This document shows, piece by piece, positions 49,406 to 62,480 of a DNA stretch of 64,000 nt (its first letter is position 1; the number at the start of each line of letters is the position of its first letter). The notes under the pieces are model-generated. The model worked only from the letters and a program-made list of their open reading frames with translations. It ran no database searches and was not told the DNA's origin. The position numbers and the translations under genes are program-made. This stretch comes from the human T2T-CHM13v2.0 reference genome, Homo sapiens: assembly GCF_009914755.1 (NCBI RefSeq), contig NC_060937.1. The stretch is one strand, 5' to 3'.

Positions 49406-49934
49406 TATGTTAGTCTGAGTTCTCTAGAGAAACATAACCAATATAATATCAGTAGGTAGGTAGATAAATAGATAGTTAGATAGATATATAGACAGATATT
49501 CTAAGTAATTGTCTCACATGGATGAGAATTTCCAAGATCTGTTGTTGGAAAACTGGATACCCAGTAGAGACCTGCAGAAAGGTAGTTCCAGTACAGGTAA
49601 AAAGGCCTGAGAGCCCGGAGAGACAACGACGTAAATTGCAGTCTGAATCTGAGTCAAAAGCAGAAGACTGATGTTCCAGCACAAAGAGACACAGAGTAAT
49701 TTCTTCCCAACTCATCCACTTGGTTTCACTCAGTCCTTCAACCAAATTCTCTGGTGAACCAGACTGGTTGAGGTCTACCCACTTTAAACAGGGCAATCGG
49801 TTTTATTCAGTCTACCCAAACACATGTTAAACTGATCCAGAAACACTCTCACAGACACACCTAGAATAATGTTTAACCAGATTTCTGAGCACCCCATAGT
49901 TCAGTCATGTTGCCACATGAAATTAAGTATCACA
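49406..49934 (-). mobile_element. MLT2 (C/D-like) ERVL solo LTR
   Basis: 'ttagtctgagttctctagagaaac', a (GATA)n stretch, and 'ccagaaacactctcacagacacacctagaataatgtttaacc...aaattaagtatcaca'. Confidence 0.85.
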
Positions 49935-50035
49935 TGAAGTGAAAATACATTTTTCGAAATGTTCATAGATTTAGTCCTTCAGTTGGCACCATTAACAGTT
50001 CAAGCAAATTAAAAATAATTGGAAAACATATTTGA

Positions 50036-50348
<313 letters not shown>

Positions 50349-51058
50349 CATATTTGAATCAATGTGTAATGAGGCTTACCCAGGAGGATATGATGTCCTG
50401 AAAGGTAAATAAAGAAGTTTCAAAAGGAGAATGTGATCAACTGTATCACATGCCACCGGTAATATGAGATAAGAGCAAATATTGGCCATCAGATTTTTCG
50501 ATATGAATGTCCTTGTTAATTTTAACATTTGATATAAGTAAAGTGGTTTTAAAAAGGCTTTTTTCCTTTGTTTTTCCTTTGAAGAATATATAAATAGCAG
50601 CATGATTCAGGAAATTGCTTTTATTACTCTGTAAAAGAGAAAGCTAGGTCATCAACTGTGAGGAGAATAGAGAAGGTGTAAAGAGGTAGAGGGAAGTATG
50701 GTGCCACAGTCTAGGAAAGGAGAAGACTGGCTCAAACAGAAAAAATGTAGTGTGATTACCTGGCAGCATTAAAGGCTCACTGGAGAATAGTGATCATGAA
50801 ATTAAAATAAGGCAAGTCAGTACAGAAGCCTATTCTCCAGTGCTATTCAGATGTATGTAGATAGACATGGAACAGGGTGAGAGCTGACTTTCCCTAGGAT
50901 TGCAGTTTACCACTATTAAAGAAGAACAAAACAGTTGAAGAGATATATATATAGGAGTGTTATTCATGAAAGATAAGGAAATTTAAGCTGGAAAGAAAGA
51001 AATGTGAGAAAATATCATTAATAAGTAACATAATGTGTAAGATTATACGAACATATGG

Positions 51059-51169
51059 TTGCATCTGCATATATGGTTATATATGCACATTTAGCCTATA
51101 TTTGGTTGTTCATTGCATCTGCATATGTAGTTTTGTATGCACATTTATCCTCTATTTGGTTGTTCATTG
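51059..51169. repeat. Tandem duplication, 2 x 54 bp
   Basis: 'ttgcatctgcatat.t.gtt.t.tatgcacattta.cct.tatttggttgttca' at 51059-51112 and 51113-51166. Confidence 0.9.
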
Positions 51170-51928
51170 TAAAACACATTGCTTCCTGTTTTAATTTTTA
51201 AAACAATATAAGTTAAAATAGTTCTTTTTAATCAACATATTTGTTTTTTTAATTTTTAATTCATTTTTGCAGCTTAATTTTTCTGAAACAGTCTATTAAG
51301 CATTGAGTTTGAGAAAAGAAGAGAAAGACAAGAAAAGAGAGAGTGTTGCCTTTTATTTTCTACAAGGATTGCAAGAAAGAAGATAGATGAATTTCTAGAA
51401 TATAACATCAAGATATTGTGATTATGTTTTATAATCAGTCCAGGGTGTCTTGGAAGAATAAAACAGCTTTGCACCGGATTTTGTAGCTCTCAGAGATTAT
51501 AATAAGCTGCCTGTAAATCTTTTGGCATTTGCAAACCTAGCCTAATAGTACTAAAGTTTCTTCAGGCAAGAGATGTGATTTTTTTTTCCTTTTTAGCACT
51601 CTCCAACCTGTAGTTTTGTCAATTTGCTTTAGTTCACCTTAATTATCGGAATAACAGGAGTGTGTCACTTTGTAGTCTGCCGTCACTGTAGTGTTGATCA
51701 ATAAAGCCCTCTTCAAGTCTCCAGTAAGTCTTTAAAGCTATCAGAGTATTTAAAGTCAATAATTATTTATATTTACAGAACATGTAAGTCAGCAACTTAA
51801 AGAAAAACAAATAGTATAAGGCAATGTCTAAATAGTAAAGATATTCTGAATAGTATATTAACTTCCATAAATGTTAAATGACAAATCTACTCCGTTTGAA
51901 GCTTTCATTTATTCTAGATGCCATAAAT

Positions 51929-52147
51929 CAAGCTTGTCTAACTCGTGGCCCACTGGCTGCATTGGCCTGGGATGGCTTTGAATGCAGCCCAACACAAATC
52001 CATAAACTTTCTTAAAACGTTATGAGATTTTTTTTGCAATCTTTTAAAGCTCATCAGCTGTCATTAGTGTTAGTGTATTTTATGTGTGACCCAAGACTAT
52101 TCTTCTTCCATTGTGGTCCAGGGGAGCCAAAAGATTGGACACTCCTG
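51929..52147 (-). mobile_element. MER30 (hAT-Charlie)
   Basis: Termini 'caagcttgtctaac' and 'ttggacactcctg'; 8-bp TSD ccataaat/ctataaat. Confidence 0.9.
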
Positions 52148-53844
52148 CTATAAATGTTTAACACAAGACATTAACATTAGACAATCATACAAATGCTGCT
52201 ATAGATGGCAGGACATCAAAGCTGTCATCACAGTTACTGGAGTTGAGATAAGAAAAATAAGCTATAGCTTTACAATTATATGTATGTCTCTATATTTTTG
52301 TTACTATGAAACAGATGATTGAGCTCTAGTCCTAAGTAAACCACTGTTGTTTTCCCCACAATTTTTAGCCATTTACAACACAGTCATGCGTTACTGAATC
52401 AGTGACTTTTTTTAACCTCTTCACAATCAATTATAATTTACTTTAAGTGTTTTTTAGTCTTATTTTTACATGGAAAAGTATAACTGAAAATAAAGTATGT
52501 AAGCTATTTATAACCCTAAAAATGGTAATTATTTTTTATAAAAGGACATAAATACCACAAGAAGTCAATTGAACACATTTATGACATTAGAGCAAGTAAA
52601 TGATTCATTTACTAATTTTTTAATTTAGAAATTTTCTTCCCATACCTGGATTATACTTTTGGTTAAGATAATATATAATACACTACCTTGAAATTTAGGT
52701 TAAACTTCATATAAGATGTAAGCTGATCAGTTTCATCCAAGGTGTTTTATTTAACAACTAGAAGAATTTTAGGGAATTTACTTATGTGAACTAAAAATTG
52801 TGGGTTTTTTTGGTAAAATTAAGCATACCTAGAAATTCTAATGTATAAAAAAATTAGAGAGACTAATTCCCACACTGTATTTATTGGATTACAAGGTTAA
52901 TACAAAAAGTTAGAAAAAGCATAGTATAGTCTAATACTACATTAATTTTCAGCTAATTATGAACTGATAATAAACTAGAAAATGAAAAGTTAAAAAATTC
53001 ATTTAAGTATATATAATAAGCTTCCTGGTTAAGCATAGAAATAAAATATAGAATGTAAAACCTACAGTATTCTTACAAACAGGGAATAATTATGTAAATG
53101 GTATCAAAATACAAGCCAGAATTTAAGTTAAAAGAATTTAAATAATTAAAATATTTTACATACATATTTAAATGCTTATATTTATCACTTTGCTATTTTT
53201 ATCACAAATCTTCAAATAGGTAACATACCTATTTGAAGTAGGAATGAATGGGGTACATTTGCCCCACTGTCGTGTTTACTAAGCTATATAGACCTAAGGT
53301 TTTTATTCCTTCTCCACTTAAAAATTACTTGACATTAATATACGAGACCTCTTGTATGTTATTTGTGGTTCGTTGTATATACTCATGCTGAAATGAATTC
53401 TTCAGTATAATAAATGTAGATTTTATACCAAATCAAAAGTTATAATTAACAAGGACTTCTTTTTTTAGCATGTCAAGTTAAACTTATCAAGTATTGAGAG
53501 AGACAGAGAGAATGTAAATATATCTCTATGTATCTATATAATGTTCACATTTAATTCTCCTTTTATCCATAAGACATAGAGAAGTTAACTTCTACATTAC
53601 AGATGAATTATCCAAAATAATGGGAGAAAATGTTTGCTTGGCCAAAAGTTACATATACATATTAAGAAATAAAACAAAAACTGTATTTAATTATCACTAA
53701 TGCCTCCATACAGAACAATAAACATTACTTAATTTATATTTCTCAAATATTTTTCAAGTCGAACACTGTAAAGTGAAACATCAACATCATCAGCACTATC
53801 ATTGTCATCATCAATTTATCTAATGTTTATTAAACACTTATTTA

Positions 53845-53970
53845 GATTAATCATATATCCTAGTTTCCCCAAGATGGTCCCAGTTTATACCTATTGCCCA
53901 AGAATAATTAGTAAGAGTGCCCACATTCCATCTTAAATTACACCAATTTTATTGACAAATTATGTGATAC
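53845..53970. mobile_element. MER94-like hAT MITE
   Basis: 'catatatcctagtttccccaagatggtcccagtttatacctattgccca...gacaaattatgtg'. Confidence 0.65.
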
Positions 53971-53971
53971 T

Positions 53972-54232
53972 GGCCAAGGCAGGCGGATCATCTGAAGTCA
54001 GGAGTTCGAGACCAGCCTGGCCAATATGATGAAACCTCATTTCTACTAAAAATACAAAAAAATTTCCCAGGCATGGTAGCGGGTGCCTGTAATCCCAGCT
54101 ACTGAGGAGGCTGAGGCAGGAGAATCGCTTGAACCCAGGAGGCAGATGTTTCAGTGAACCGAAATCCCGCCATTGTATTCCAGCCTGGGCAAAGAGCGAA
54201 ACTCCGTCTCAAAAAAAAAAAAATAAATAAAA
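53972..54232 (+). mobile_element. AluS (Sq/Sx-like), 5'-truncated by about 45 nt, no TSD seen
   Basis: Starts at 'ggccaaggcaggcggatca' and ends in poly(A). Confidence 0.92.
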
Positions 54233-54284
54233 GAATTTCATTATATTTCAAATGCATTTAAATATCAATGCTTAAAACAATAAC

Positions 54285-54395
54285 TTTGCACATGAAAAAG
54301 CAGTTTATTAACGAATACAAGTTCATACTGTCTTAATGACAGAAACTGGGAATAAAGCCAGGTGTCTGAACTCATCTACCCATGCAGTGCACAAG
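54285..54395 (-). mobile_element. MIR fragment
   Basis: 'ttaatgacagaaactgggaataaagccaggtgtctg'. Confidence 0.5.
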
Positions 54396-57059
54396 ATAGT
54401 TCAGCTTTTCTCACCAGAGTTAATTTGACTATTTTAATTTAAGGTAATTAATTGCATACACCTCACACTGGGTGATAAGTTCCACTTGGCAAATAAAGAC
54501 ATATAAAATATTTCTTGGTAATATTTCTTGCAAAATATTTTTGGTAAATGTAGCACAGGAAATGCATTGGGGCAAAGTGAATCTTGAAATAATCAGTTGA
54601 GGTTTAGCAAGGGAAATCATGTGAAAAGGGCTAAGGAGAGAATAGCACTCCATGTGCAGGTAGTGAAAGAAGTATATTTGCAAATCTTTAATAGTAAACT
54701 GTCTTTTGGGTCAAGAGAATTCAAATTTTAATACAGAATTAGCAGTTCTTCACTGTATGCCCTCGCCCTACCTTTTTTACTTTTTTAAGAATTTCTTTAT
54801 TCAATTAATAGCTATCTTTTGACCATTAACGTGAAGTTTTGGGAATTGGGCATGGTCTTTCCACTCAAGTGTCTTACTTCTTGGCAGATTTCATGTTCTC
54901 TAATATCCCTCTTAATTTATCTTCAATTTTAATTCCATATCTTTAGCAGCAGTCTTTGATAAGAGTAGCAAAGCCTGTGTGTGCTGAAAGAAGAACAACT
55001 TGTACGTGTGTGTGACTGTGTTAACAAACATACACATACATGTGTGAATGTGTGCTTGTATTTATACTTATCTACATGTTTGTATGCGTGCATATATATG
55101 TTTGTATGTGCTTGTGTATATCTATTTTTGCACACACATTCACACATTCACAAGTGCATACATGTGGTTCTACTGGTAAAACTGCCAAACTACAGGTCTT
55201 ACTATTTTCTGAAAATGTGTTGCTTTATTGCAGTAATTTGGAGCTTTTATTCTTCCTTATATGATTCATATACCTTAGCACATTTCCTTGCCTGTAATAT
55301 AAAGCCACATATTTATTGCACAAAGGAGTGAGCATTTGGGTTTTATAAGTCCAAAGTTTTCATTATAAAATTTATATATTTATCCTTCAAATTGCTCAGC
55401 TGAAGTTGAGTTTTGAAAAGAGAATTTTTTTTCTAAATTCGATCAAGATATGGCATTCTTCTCTGTCTTTCTATATACACATATGTAAACAATTTTAGAT
55501 AATAGATATATGATATATTTTCATAGTTTAAAAAAGAAGCTGTTATTGAATTATTCCTGTGAACATGCTATGATAATTATTAATTTACACTGCCTTCTCC
55601 ATTATAATTGTTATAGCTTTCATTATTTTATCCCATTAGTCTTTCCCGGATGTCAATGTATTCAATATAATTGTGAACTCTTCAAGCCTGAACTTCTTGA
55701 TTTATTTCTGGAGGTTATGAAGACATCTTCCCACCTGCATCTTTCTAAAATATAAAATAATTGAATTGAAAGTACATTGATGGAAAAACAGTTAACCTTT
55801 TGCCTTGGAAAGGGCTGACACATTTATGTGAGAGGAGCCATTTAGTATGTTTCTATAAATTTACTAAGGACATATCAAAACACCTTATTTCATAGATCAT
55901 CTCAAAACTGAAATTAAAAATACTTCAAAAACTGCCCTAACACTAGTCATTTTAAGTGTTTCCAAGACTGAATGACCCAACCATTAATAAATTAGTTCCA
56001 TTCCTTCTATTAAAACATATATTTGATCAGAAATTGCTTTAGTTTATTACACTCCGATTATTTCACAATATCTAGTCATTCGAAATAGATGCATAGTATT
56101 TATATAGTAACATAAAATATTGAAAATAGCATTTGTTTCAGAATTTAATTTCATAACTTCTAATGAAATACACTTGAACAAAACAAATGGATCTCAAATT
56201 CATAGTGAGATGACATAATTTGATAAGCATTCTTATTTATACAATGTCAGGTGTAATATATTTAATTCTTATCAAGTATTCAACTTTTAAATATTATCTT
56301 CATTCAGTATATTTCTACATTAGCCTTCTATAAATTGTTTAATTGAGCCTTCCTTAGGGTTTCCTCCTTTTGTTGTACAATATGTGGTAAAAAATTGTTT
56401 ATACCTTCATCTTTCTTTACCTCGAGTAATCTTCCTTTCTTTTCTTTAAGAAATGAGTGAGCTTCCTGCACTCCTTTCTTTTGTATCTTTTCTTATCTTA
56501 ATACCAAGCCCCTTCCTTATTTCCAAACCTCAACCTTCTATTGAAATATTCAAATCCACTGGTTGTCAAAATTGAAGATAATTTTTTAAATTATTCAATA
56601 TCAATCCCCAATCAAATTATGAACCATACCACAGAGAGGATTTCACTGGATCTTTCTGACCAATATAATGTGGACTTAAGTAATGTATAGCACTTCTGTG
56701 CCTGGACTTCAAATAACCTCCCTCAGTGATTCTCATTCTCTCTCTGAAGGTGAACTTAGTAAGTATATTTTGAAAATGATTGTGTTATGCAATGGAAGTA
56801 TCCAAGTGACAGAAGAAATCCAAGTCCCTTGCTAACAATGTTAAGAAGGGGTATGAGAACTTAGTAAGATTAAAATGTTAAGCCTGCTCTTTAGAATTCA
56901 TCTGTTATGAATTGTTCTACCTGATTTAATTCACCCTAAATCTCTGAAGGAAAAAAAATTGTAGCTTTCTCTAAAAATGACTTTTCCTCTTGGATAGCCT
57001 TCATAAAACTGGTTGTGGAAATGGAGACTGTTTCCTCATTACTGTTTGTAAAACATATC

Positions 57060-57365
57060 ATTTCTTTCTCCTTTAAAACTAGAAGTTTATATCTAATGTT
57101 ACTCATTCAATAATATTCTTCACACACTATCAAAAATGGTCACTCCTTAAATGTAGACATCATTAATCCCCAGTTCACGCCCACAAACATAACTCCAAGA
57201 TTTTAGGACTTCTTTAACTCTTGCTTATTCTAACATCACTGCTATATTTTTTTAAATTTTACTATCTATATAATTGGTTTTTCCAAAAGCCTGATTGCTT
57301 AATTTCTTGACCTCTTACATGTTTCCAATGATAAAGTAATATTATGCCATCTTATCTCAACCACT
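57060..57365 (+). mobile_element. L2 fragment
   Basis: 'ccccagttcac...ctccaagattttaggact...aactcttgcttattctaacatcact'. Confidence 0.45.
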
Positions 57366-57695
57366 TACTACCATGTAATGGTTTTTAAATTTTATTTTAT
57401 TTAGTTATGATAAGGACACAACATGAAATCTACCCTCTTAGATTTTTAAGTGTACCATACAATATTGTTATCTCTGGCACACTGTTGTACAACGGCTCTC
57501 TAGAACCTATTTATTCATCTTAGATAACTGAATTTTATACTCATTGATTAGAAAATCCCCATATCACCATTTTCTCTTTTCCTGGCCGCCACAATTCTGT
57601 TCCTTGCTGCTGAGAGTTTCACTACTTGAGACGTCTTATATAAGTGGAATTGAAAAGCATTTGACCTTTTGTGACGGTTTATTTCATCTAGTGTA

Positions 57696-58119
57696 TGATA
57701 TAGCTTGAATGTTTGTCCCCTCCAAATCTTATGTTGAATTGTGACGCTCAGTATTGGAGGTGGGGTCTGGTGGGAGTTGTTTGGGTAATTGTGAAGGATC
57801 CCTCCTGAATGGCTTGGTGCCCTGTCCGTAGTAATGAGTAGGTTCTTGCTCTGTTAGTTCATGTAAGAGCTGGTTTTTTAAAGGAGCCTGATACATTCTA
57901 CTCTGTCTCTTGCCGTCTTTCTCGCCCTGTGACACACCTGCTCCCCCTTTACCTTCCACAATGATTGGAAGCTTTTGGAAGCCCTTACCAAAAGCAGATG
58001 CTGGTGTCCTGGTTCCTGTACAGTTTTCATAACCATCAGCTAAATAAATCCTCCCCTTTTAAAAATAAATTACCCAGTCTCAGATATTCCTTTATAGCAA
58101 TGCAAAACAGACTAGTACA
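57696..58119 (+). mobile_element. MSTB-like MaLR solo LTR
   Basis: 'tgatatagcttgaatgtttgtcccctccaaatc...ataaattacccagtctcagatattcctttatagcaatgcaaaacagactagtaca'. Confidence 0.9.
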
Positions 58120-58917
58120 TGTGTCCTCAAAGTTTATCTATGTTTTTACATTGAAAGATTATCTTCTTTTTAAATGCTAGTAATGTATGTATACATGACA
58201 TTATTTTCTTATCCATTCATCTGTCAATGCCATTTAGATTTTCCCACCTGTTAGCTATTATTAATCATGCTAAAATTATATGGAAGTGCTAATATCTTTT
58301 TGAGACCTTGATTTCAATTATTGGGACAAGTATATAGAAATGGATTTTCTGTATCACCTGGTAGCTCCATTTTTAATTTTTTGAGTAGCATCCATACTCT
58401 TTTCTGTAGAGGCAGTACCATTTTACATTCTGACCTATCAGTATACAAACAAATATTCCAATTTCTTCACATCCTAGCCAACACTTCTTATTGTTTGTTG
58501 TGGTTTTGATTTGCATTTCTTTATGATAGTGATATTGAGCATCTTTTTACATTGGTTGGCCATTTGTATGTCTTCTTTGAAGAAATGTCTATTCAAGTCC
58601 TTGGTCCCTAGGCAAAAACTGCACAGACATTTCTTCAAAGAAAACAGACATATGTTAGTCTTTTTGCTATTGAGTAATATGAGTACCTTATAAGCTTTGG
58701 ATATATGGTTTTCCAGTATTGTATTCAATTCTGAAAGTTGCCTTTTCACTCTGTTGATTGTTTATTTGCTGTGTAAAAGCTTCTTAGTTGGATGTAGCCT
58801 CACTCATTCTTTATTATTTTTGCCTGTGCATTTGGTGTCATATTCATTAAATCATTGCCAAGATCAAAATCATGAAGATTTTCCCTTCTTGTCTTTTAAA
58901 ACTTTTACAACTTTGGG

Positions 58918-59029
58918 TCTTATATTTAAGTCTTTAATACATTTTGAGTTGATATTGGCTCAATATCAAATATCAGTATCAAATATTGCCAATACCAACT
59001 CAAAATGTATTAAAGGCTTAAATATAAGA
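58918..59029. repeat. Inverted repeat: 42-bp arms (40/42 complementary), 28-nt loop
   Basis: 58918-58959 compared with the reverse complement of 58988-59029, read directly. Confidence 0.95.
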
Positions 59030-59736
59030 GTCCATTTCATACATTTGTATGTGGATATCTGTTTTTTCAAAAATTATTTGTTGAAGACACTGTCTTCTTT
59101 CCATTGTACATTCTTAGCACTATTATCAAAGGTCAGTAGACCACATAGATGTGGATTTATTTATAGATTATCTGTTTGTTCTATGGTTTGTTTGTGTGTC
59201 TTTGTATCAGTATCATACTGTTTTAATTACTGTAGCTTTGTCATCAGTATTGTGAAATCAGAAAGTGTGACTCCTCAGCTTTGTTTGTTTGTTTTTTCAA
59301 TCCTGATTTGGCTATTCGGGGTCTTTTGTAGTTCTATATAAATTTTAAAATTGTTTTTACTATCATATAAAAATATTATTGGGATTTTGATAGGGATTGC
59401 ATTGAATCAGTAGATCTCACTGAGTGTTCTGGACAGTTTAACAACATTAAGTCTTGCCATGCATGAACATGGATGTCTTTTATTTGTTAATGTCTTCTTT
59501 AGTTACTTTCATTAATATTTTATGCTTTGAGTATATACGTCTTTCACATACTTAGTTAAGTTTATTTCTAAGTAACTTATTATTTCTGATGCTATTGTAA
59601 ATGAAACAATTTTCCTAATTCTCTTTTCAGATTGATTTTTATATGTGGATGATATAATTGATTTTTATATGTGGATTTTCTACCCCACAACTTTACTGAA
59701 TATATTTATTAGTTTTAACAATTATTGGGATAGCTC

Positions 59737-59766
59737 TGTGTGTGTGTGTTTGTGTGTGTGTGTGTG
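59737..59766. repeat. (TG)n microsatellite
   Basis: Directly visible. Confidence 0.9.
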
Positions 59767-62072
59767 GCCCTTAGACATCTTTAAATATAAAATCATGTCA
59801 TCTGGAAAGAGGAATAATTTTACTTTTTTGTTCCAAATAGGATGCTTTCATTTTTATTCTTGCCTTATTTCTTTGGCCAGGACTTTTGTTACTATGTTGA
59901 AGGGAATTGGGAACAGTGGGCATCTTTTTTCTTTCCATAGTGGAAAATCTGTCAGTTTTTCATTGTAGAGAATAATGTTAGTTATGGGCTTTTCATACAT
60001 GGCTTTTATTATGTACAGGTAATTTAACTCTATATCTAGTTTGCTGAGAGATTTTATCATGAGAGAGTGTGGAATTTTGTTAAATGCTTATACTGAATTT
60101 ATTAAGATGATCATGTAATTTTTAACACTAATTCTGTTAATGTGATGTATTGCATTAATTGATTTCATTTATTGAACCATCCTTGTATCCCTGGCATAAT
60201 CTCTACTTGGTCATAGCTTCTGGCCCTTTTAATGTACTGTTGAATTCAGTTTGTGAGTATCTTATTGTGGATTTTTGCATCTGTGGTGATTAGGGATACT
60301 GGCCTGTACTTTTCTTTTCTCATGATGTCTTAGTCTGGAGTTGATATCACAGTAATGTTGGCCTTATAAAATGCATTTGAAAGTATTATTTTCTCTTCAT
60401 TTGAGAAGAATTGGCTTTCATTATTATTTAAATATTTGGTAGAATTAACCAGTGAAGCCATCTGGTTCTGCGTTTTTGTTGTTGTTCCTAAGAGGTCTGA
60501 GATTACTGATTAAGTCTCCTTACTAGTTATAGGTTAGTTTAAACTTTTTATTTCTTTAGAGTTCAGTCCCAGTGGGTGGCATGCTTGTAAAAATTTATTT
60601 ATTTATTCTAGGTTATGCAGGTCATTGGGGTTGTTCATAGTACTCTCTTAAGATTTCTTTGACAACAGTTTATTCTTTAATTTCTGATTTTATTAATTTA
60701 AGTCTTCTCTCTTTTTTATAGTTAATCTAGCTAATGGTTTGTTAGTATTGTTTATCTTTGCAAGAAACAAATTCGTAATTTTGTTGATCTTTTCTATTGC
60801 TTTTCTGGTCTCTATTTCTGTTCTGATCTTTAGTATATTCTTTCTTCTACTAACTTTAAGCTTATTTTATTCCTTTTCCTATCCCTTGAAGGGTAAAGTT
60901 AGGTTGTTTTCTGAAGATCTTTCTTTTTTCTTAATGCAGGCATTTAATCGCTGTAAACTTTTCTCTTAGAACCGCTTTTGCTGCATCCCATAGGCTATGG
61001 TATGTTATGCTTCCATTTTAATTTGTCTCAAGCTTTTGTTTGGTTTCCCTTTTGATTTCTTCTTTTACGCATTGGTTGATTAGAAGTGCATTAAATTTTA
61101 CACATTTGTGAATTTTTTGATTTTCTTCCTATTGTTGATTAATCTCAATCAATAGATGTAGATCCATAGATATATTGTCATTATTTTGATGAAAAAGATA
61201 TATTTGGATGGAAGGATTTTACTAGCTTTTGGAGTTTTGGGTGACCACTAAGATAGTCATTTGGTGAAAGCTCTAAAATGGTAGGGACATGGGATAGTTC
61301 AATACCAGTGGTACTTCATTTAGCACATAAACATTTTACTTAAAAATAAATACATGCTTCCCATAATAAAGTTTACAGGAGGTCAACACTATTGTACAGA
61401 AATAATATAAAATTCTGCTATCTATGAAAGAGTTGATTTGTGGGACTTCACTCAGAAGAGTAAGCATGCTTTACATGTACATTTTAGTAACAAAGCTGGC
61501 TAGTAATTGATGAACACAGCCTGAAAAATTATTTTCATAACAGGAATACAAAAAGATAGGATGAGTCACTATTAGAGGTAAGTCATAGAAGAGTAGGAAA
61601 AAAACTGCATATATTTATAGTTTCAAACATATTGTTGTGTGACTGTCAGTTTTGAGCAGATGTAGCTTAACTTTAATGTTATGTTCCATTAAAATAGAAC
61701 TAAATGTGTTATTTGATGTAAAGAAAATTAACTTGCAATTGTAAAGAAATTTCTTAAAAAGTCTATAGTATTGAGAGCTAAAATAATATTAAGAAAAAAT
61801 TGTTTAAGTTATTTTAAAAATATGACATATAACATGACCTATCCTAGAACAGATCACTAAATGGAAACAAAGATCAATATATTTTGTCTTTAGTTTAGTG
61901 TTTTTTTCTTTCACCAAGCTACCCTTACATATAACATGCTGTGCTAAATCTTGTAAAATGTAGAAGGATAAACAGGGGAACACTGAGTATCAGAGCATTT
62001 AGAATTTGTACTTGTTCACTTTTGTTTGATCATTCCTGATCATTATAAAAGCCAGTTAAATTATTATTTACG

Positions 62073-62480
62073 CCATTCATTCACGCACCAATATCTGTAT
62101 GAACAACTACCAAATTTAATAACTGGTTGACAAAATATACGTGCACTATAATTACATCATTTTCAGCCATATTATATATTGTCCATATTCATTTTAAAGT
62201 TTCTTTTGTTAATCACAGCAATTTAGCTTCATTACCTACTAATAATGCTATTGGGCAACTTAGAAACCTCTGTTTTCCTGAGACTTGGCAGTAAGAAATA
62301 TTTACATTCCTAAGGGACTTATAATCTGGCTAGGCAAAATAAGCATATGTAATATACATACATGGTGTATAACAGAGTTTTCTATTTAAAATCGAAATGA
62401 AGAATTCAGACAATAGTGATATAAGAGTTCAGAAAAAGGAGCGAATAAAGGGAACAGATGTTCAGGAAAAAGTTTGTGGG
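62073..62480 (-). mobile_element. L2 3' end remnants
   Basis: 'cattcattcacgcaccaatatctgtatgaacaactac' and 'cctaagggacttataatctggc'. Confidence 0.45.

Larger units (their letters stand above)
57381..61140 (-). mobile_element. 5'-truncated L1MA9-like element, interrupted by MSTB
   Basis: 3' end 'acatgaaatctaccctctta...tttaagtgtaccatacaatattgtta'. Antisense ORF2 continues to ~61140 (ORF 59854-60060 IIKAMYEKPITNIIL). Confidence 0.9.

Noticed and set aside
58697-59341. Longest ORF in the track (214 aa)
   Set aside because: Antisense to L1MA ORF2, low-complexity F/L/S/C-rich composition, and it runs through the fold-back; spurious.
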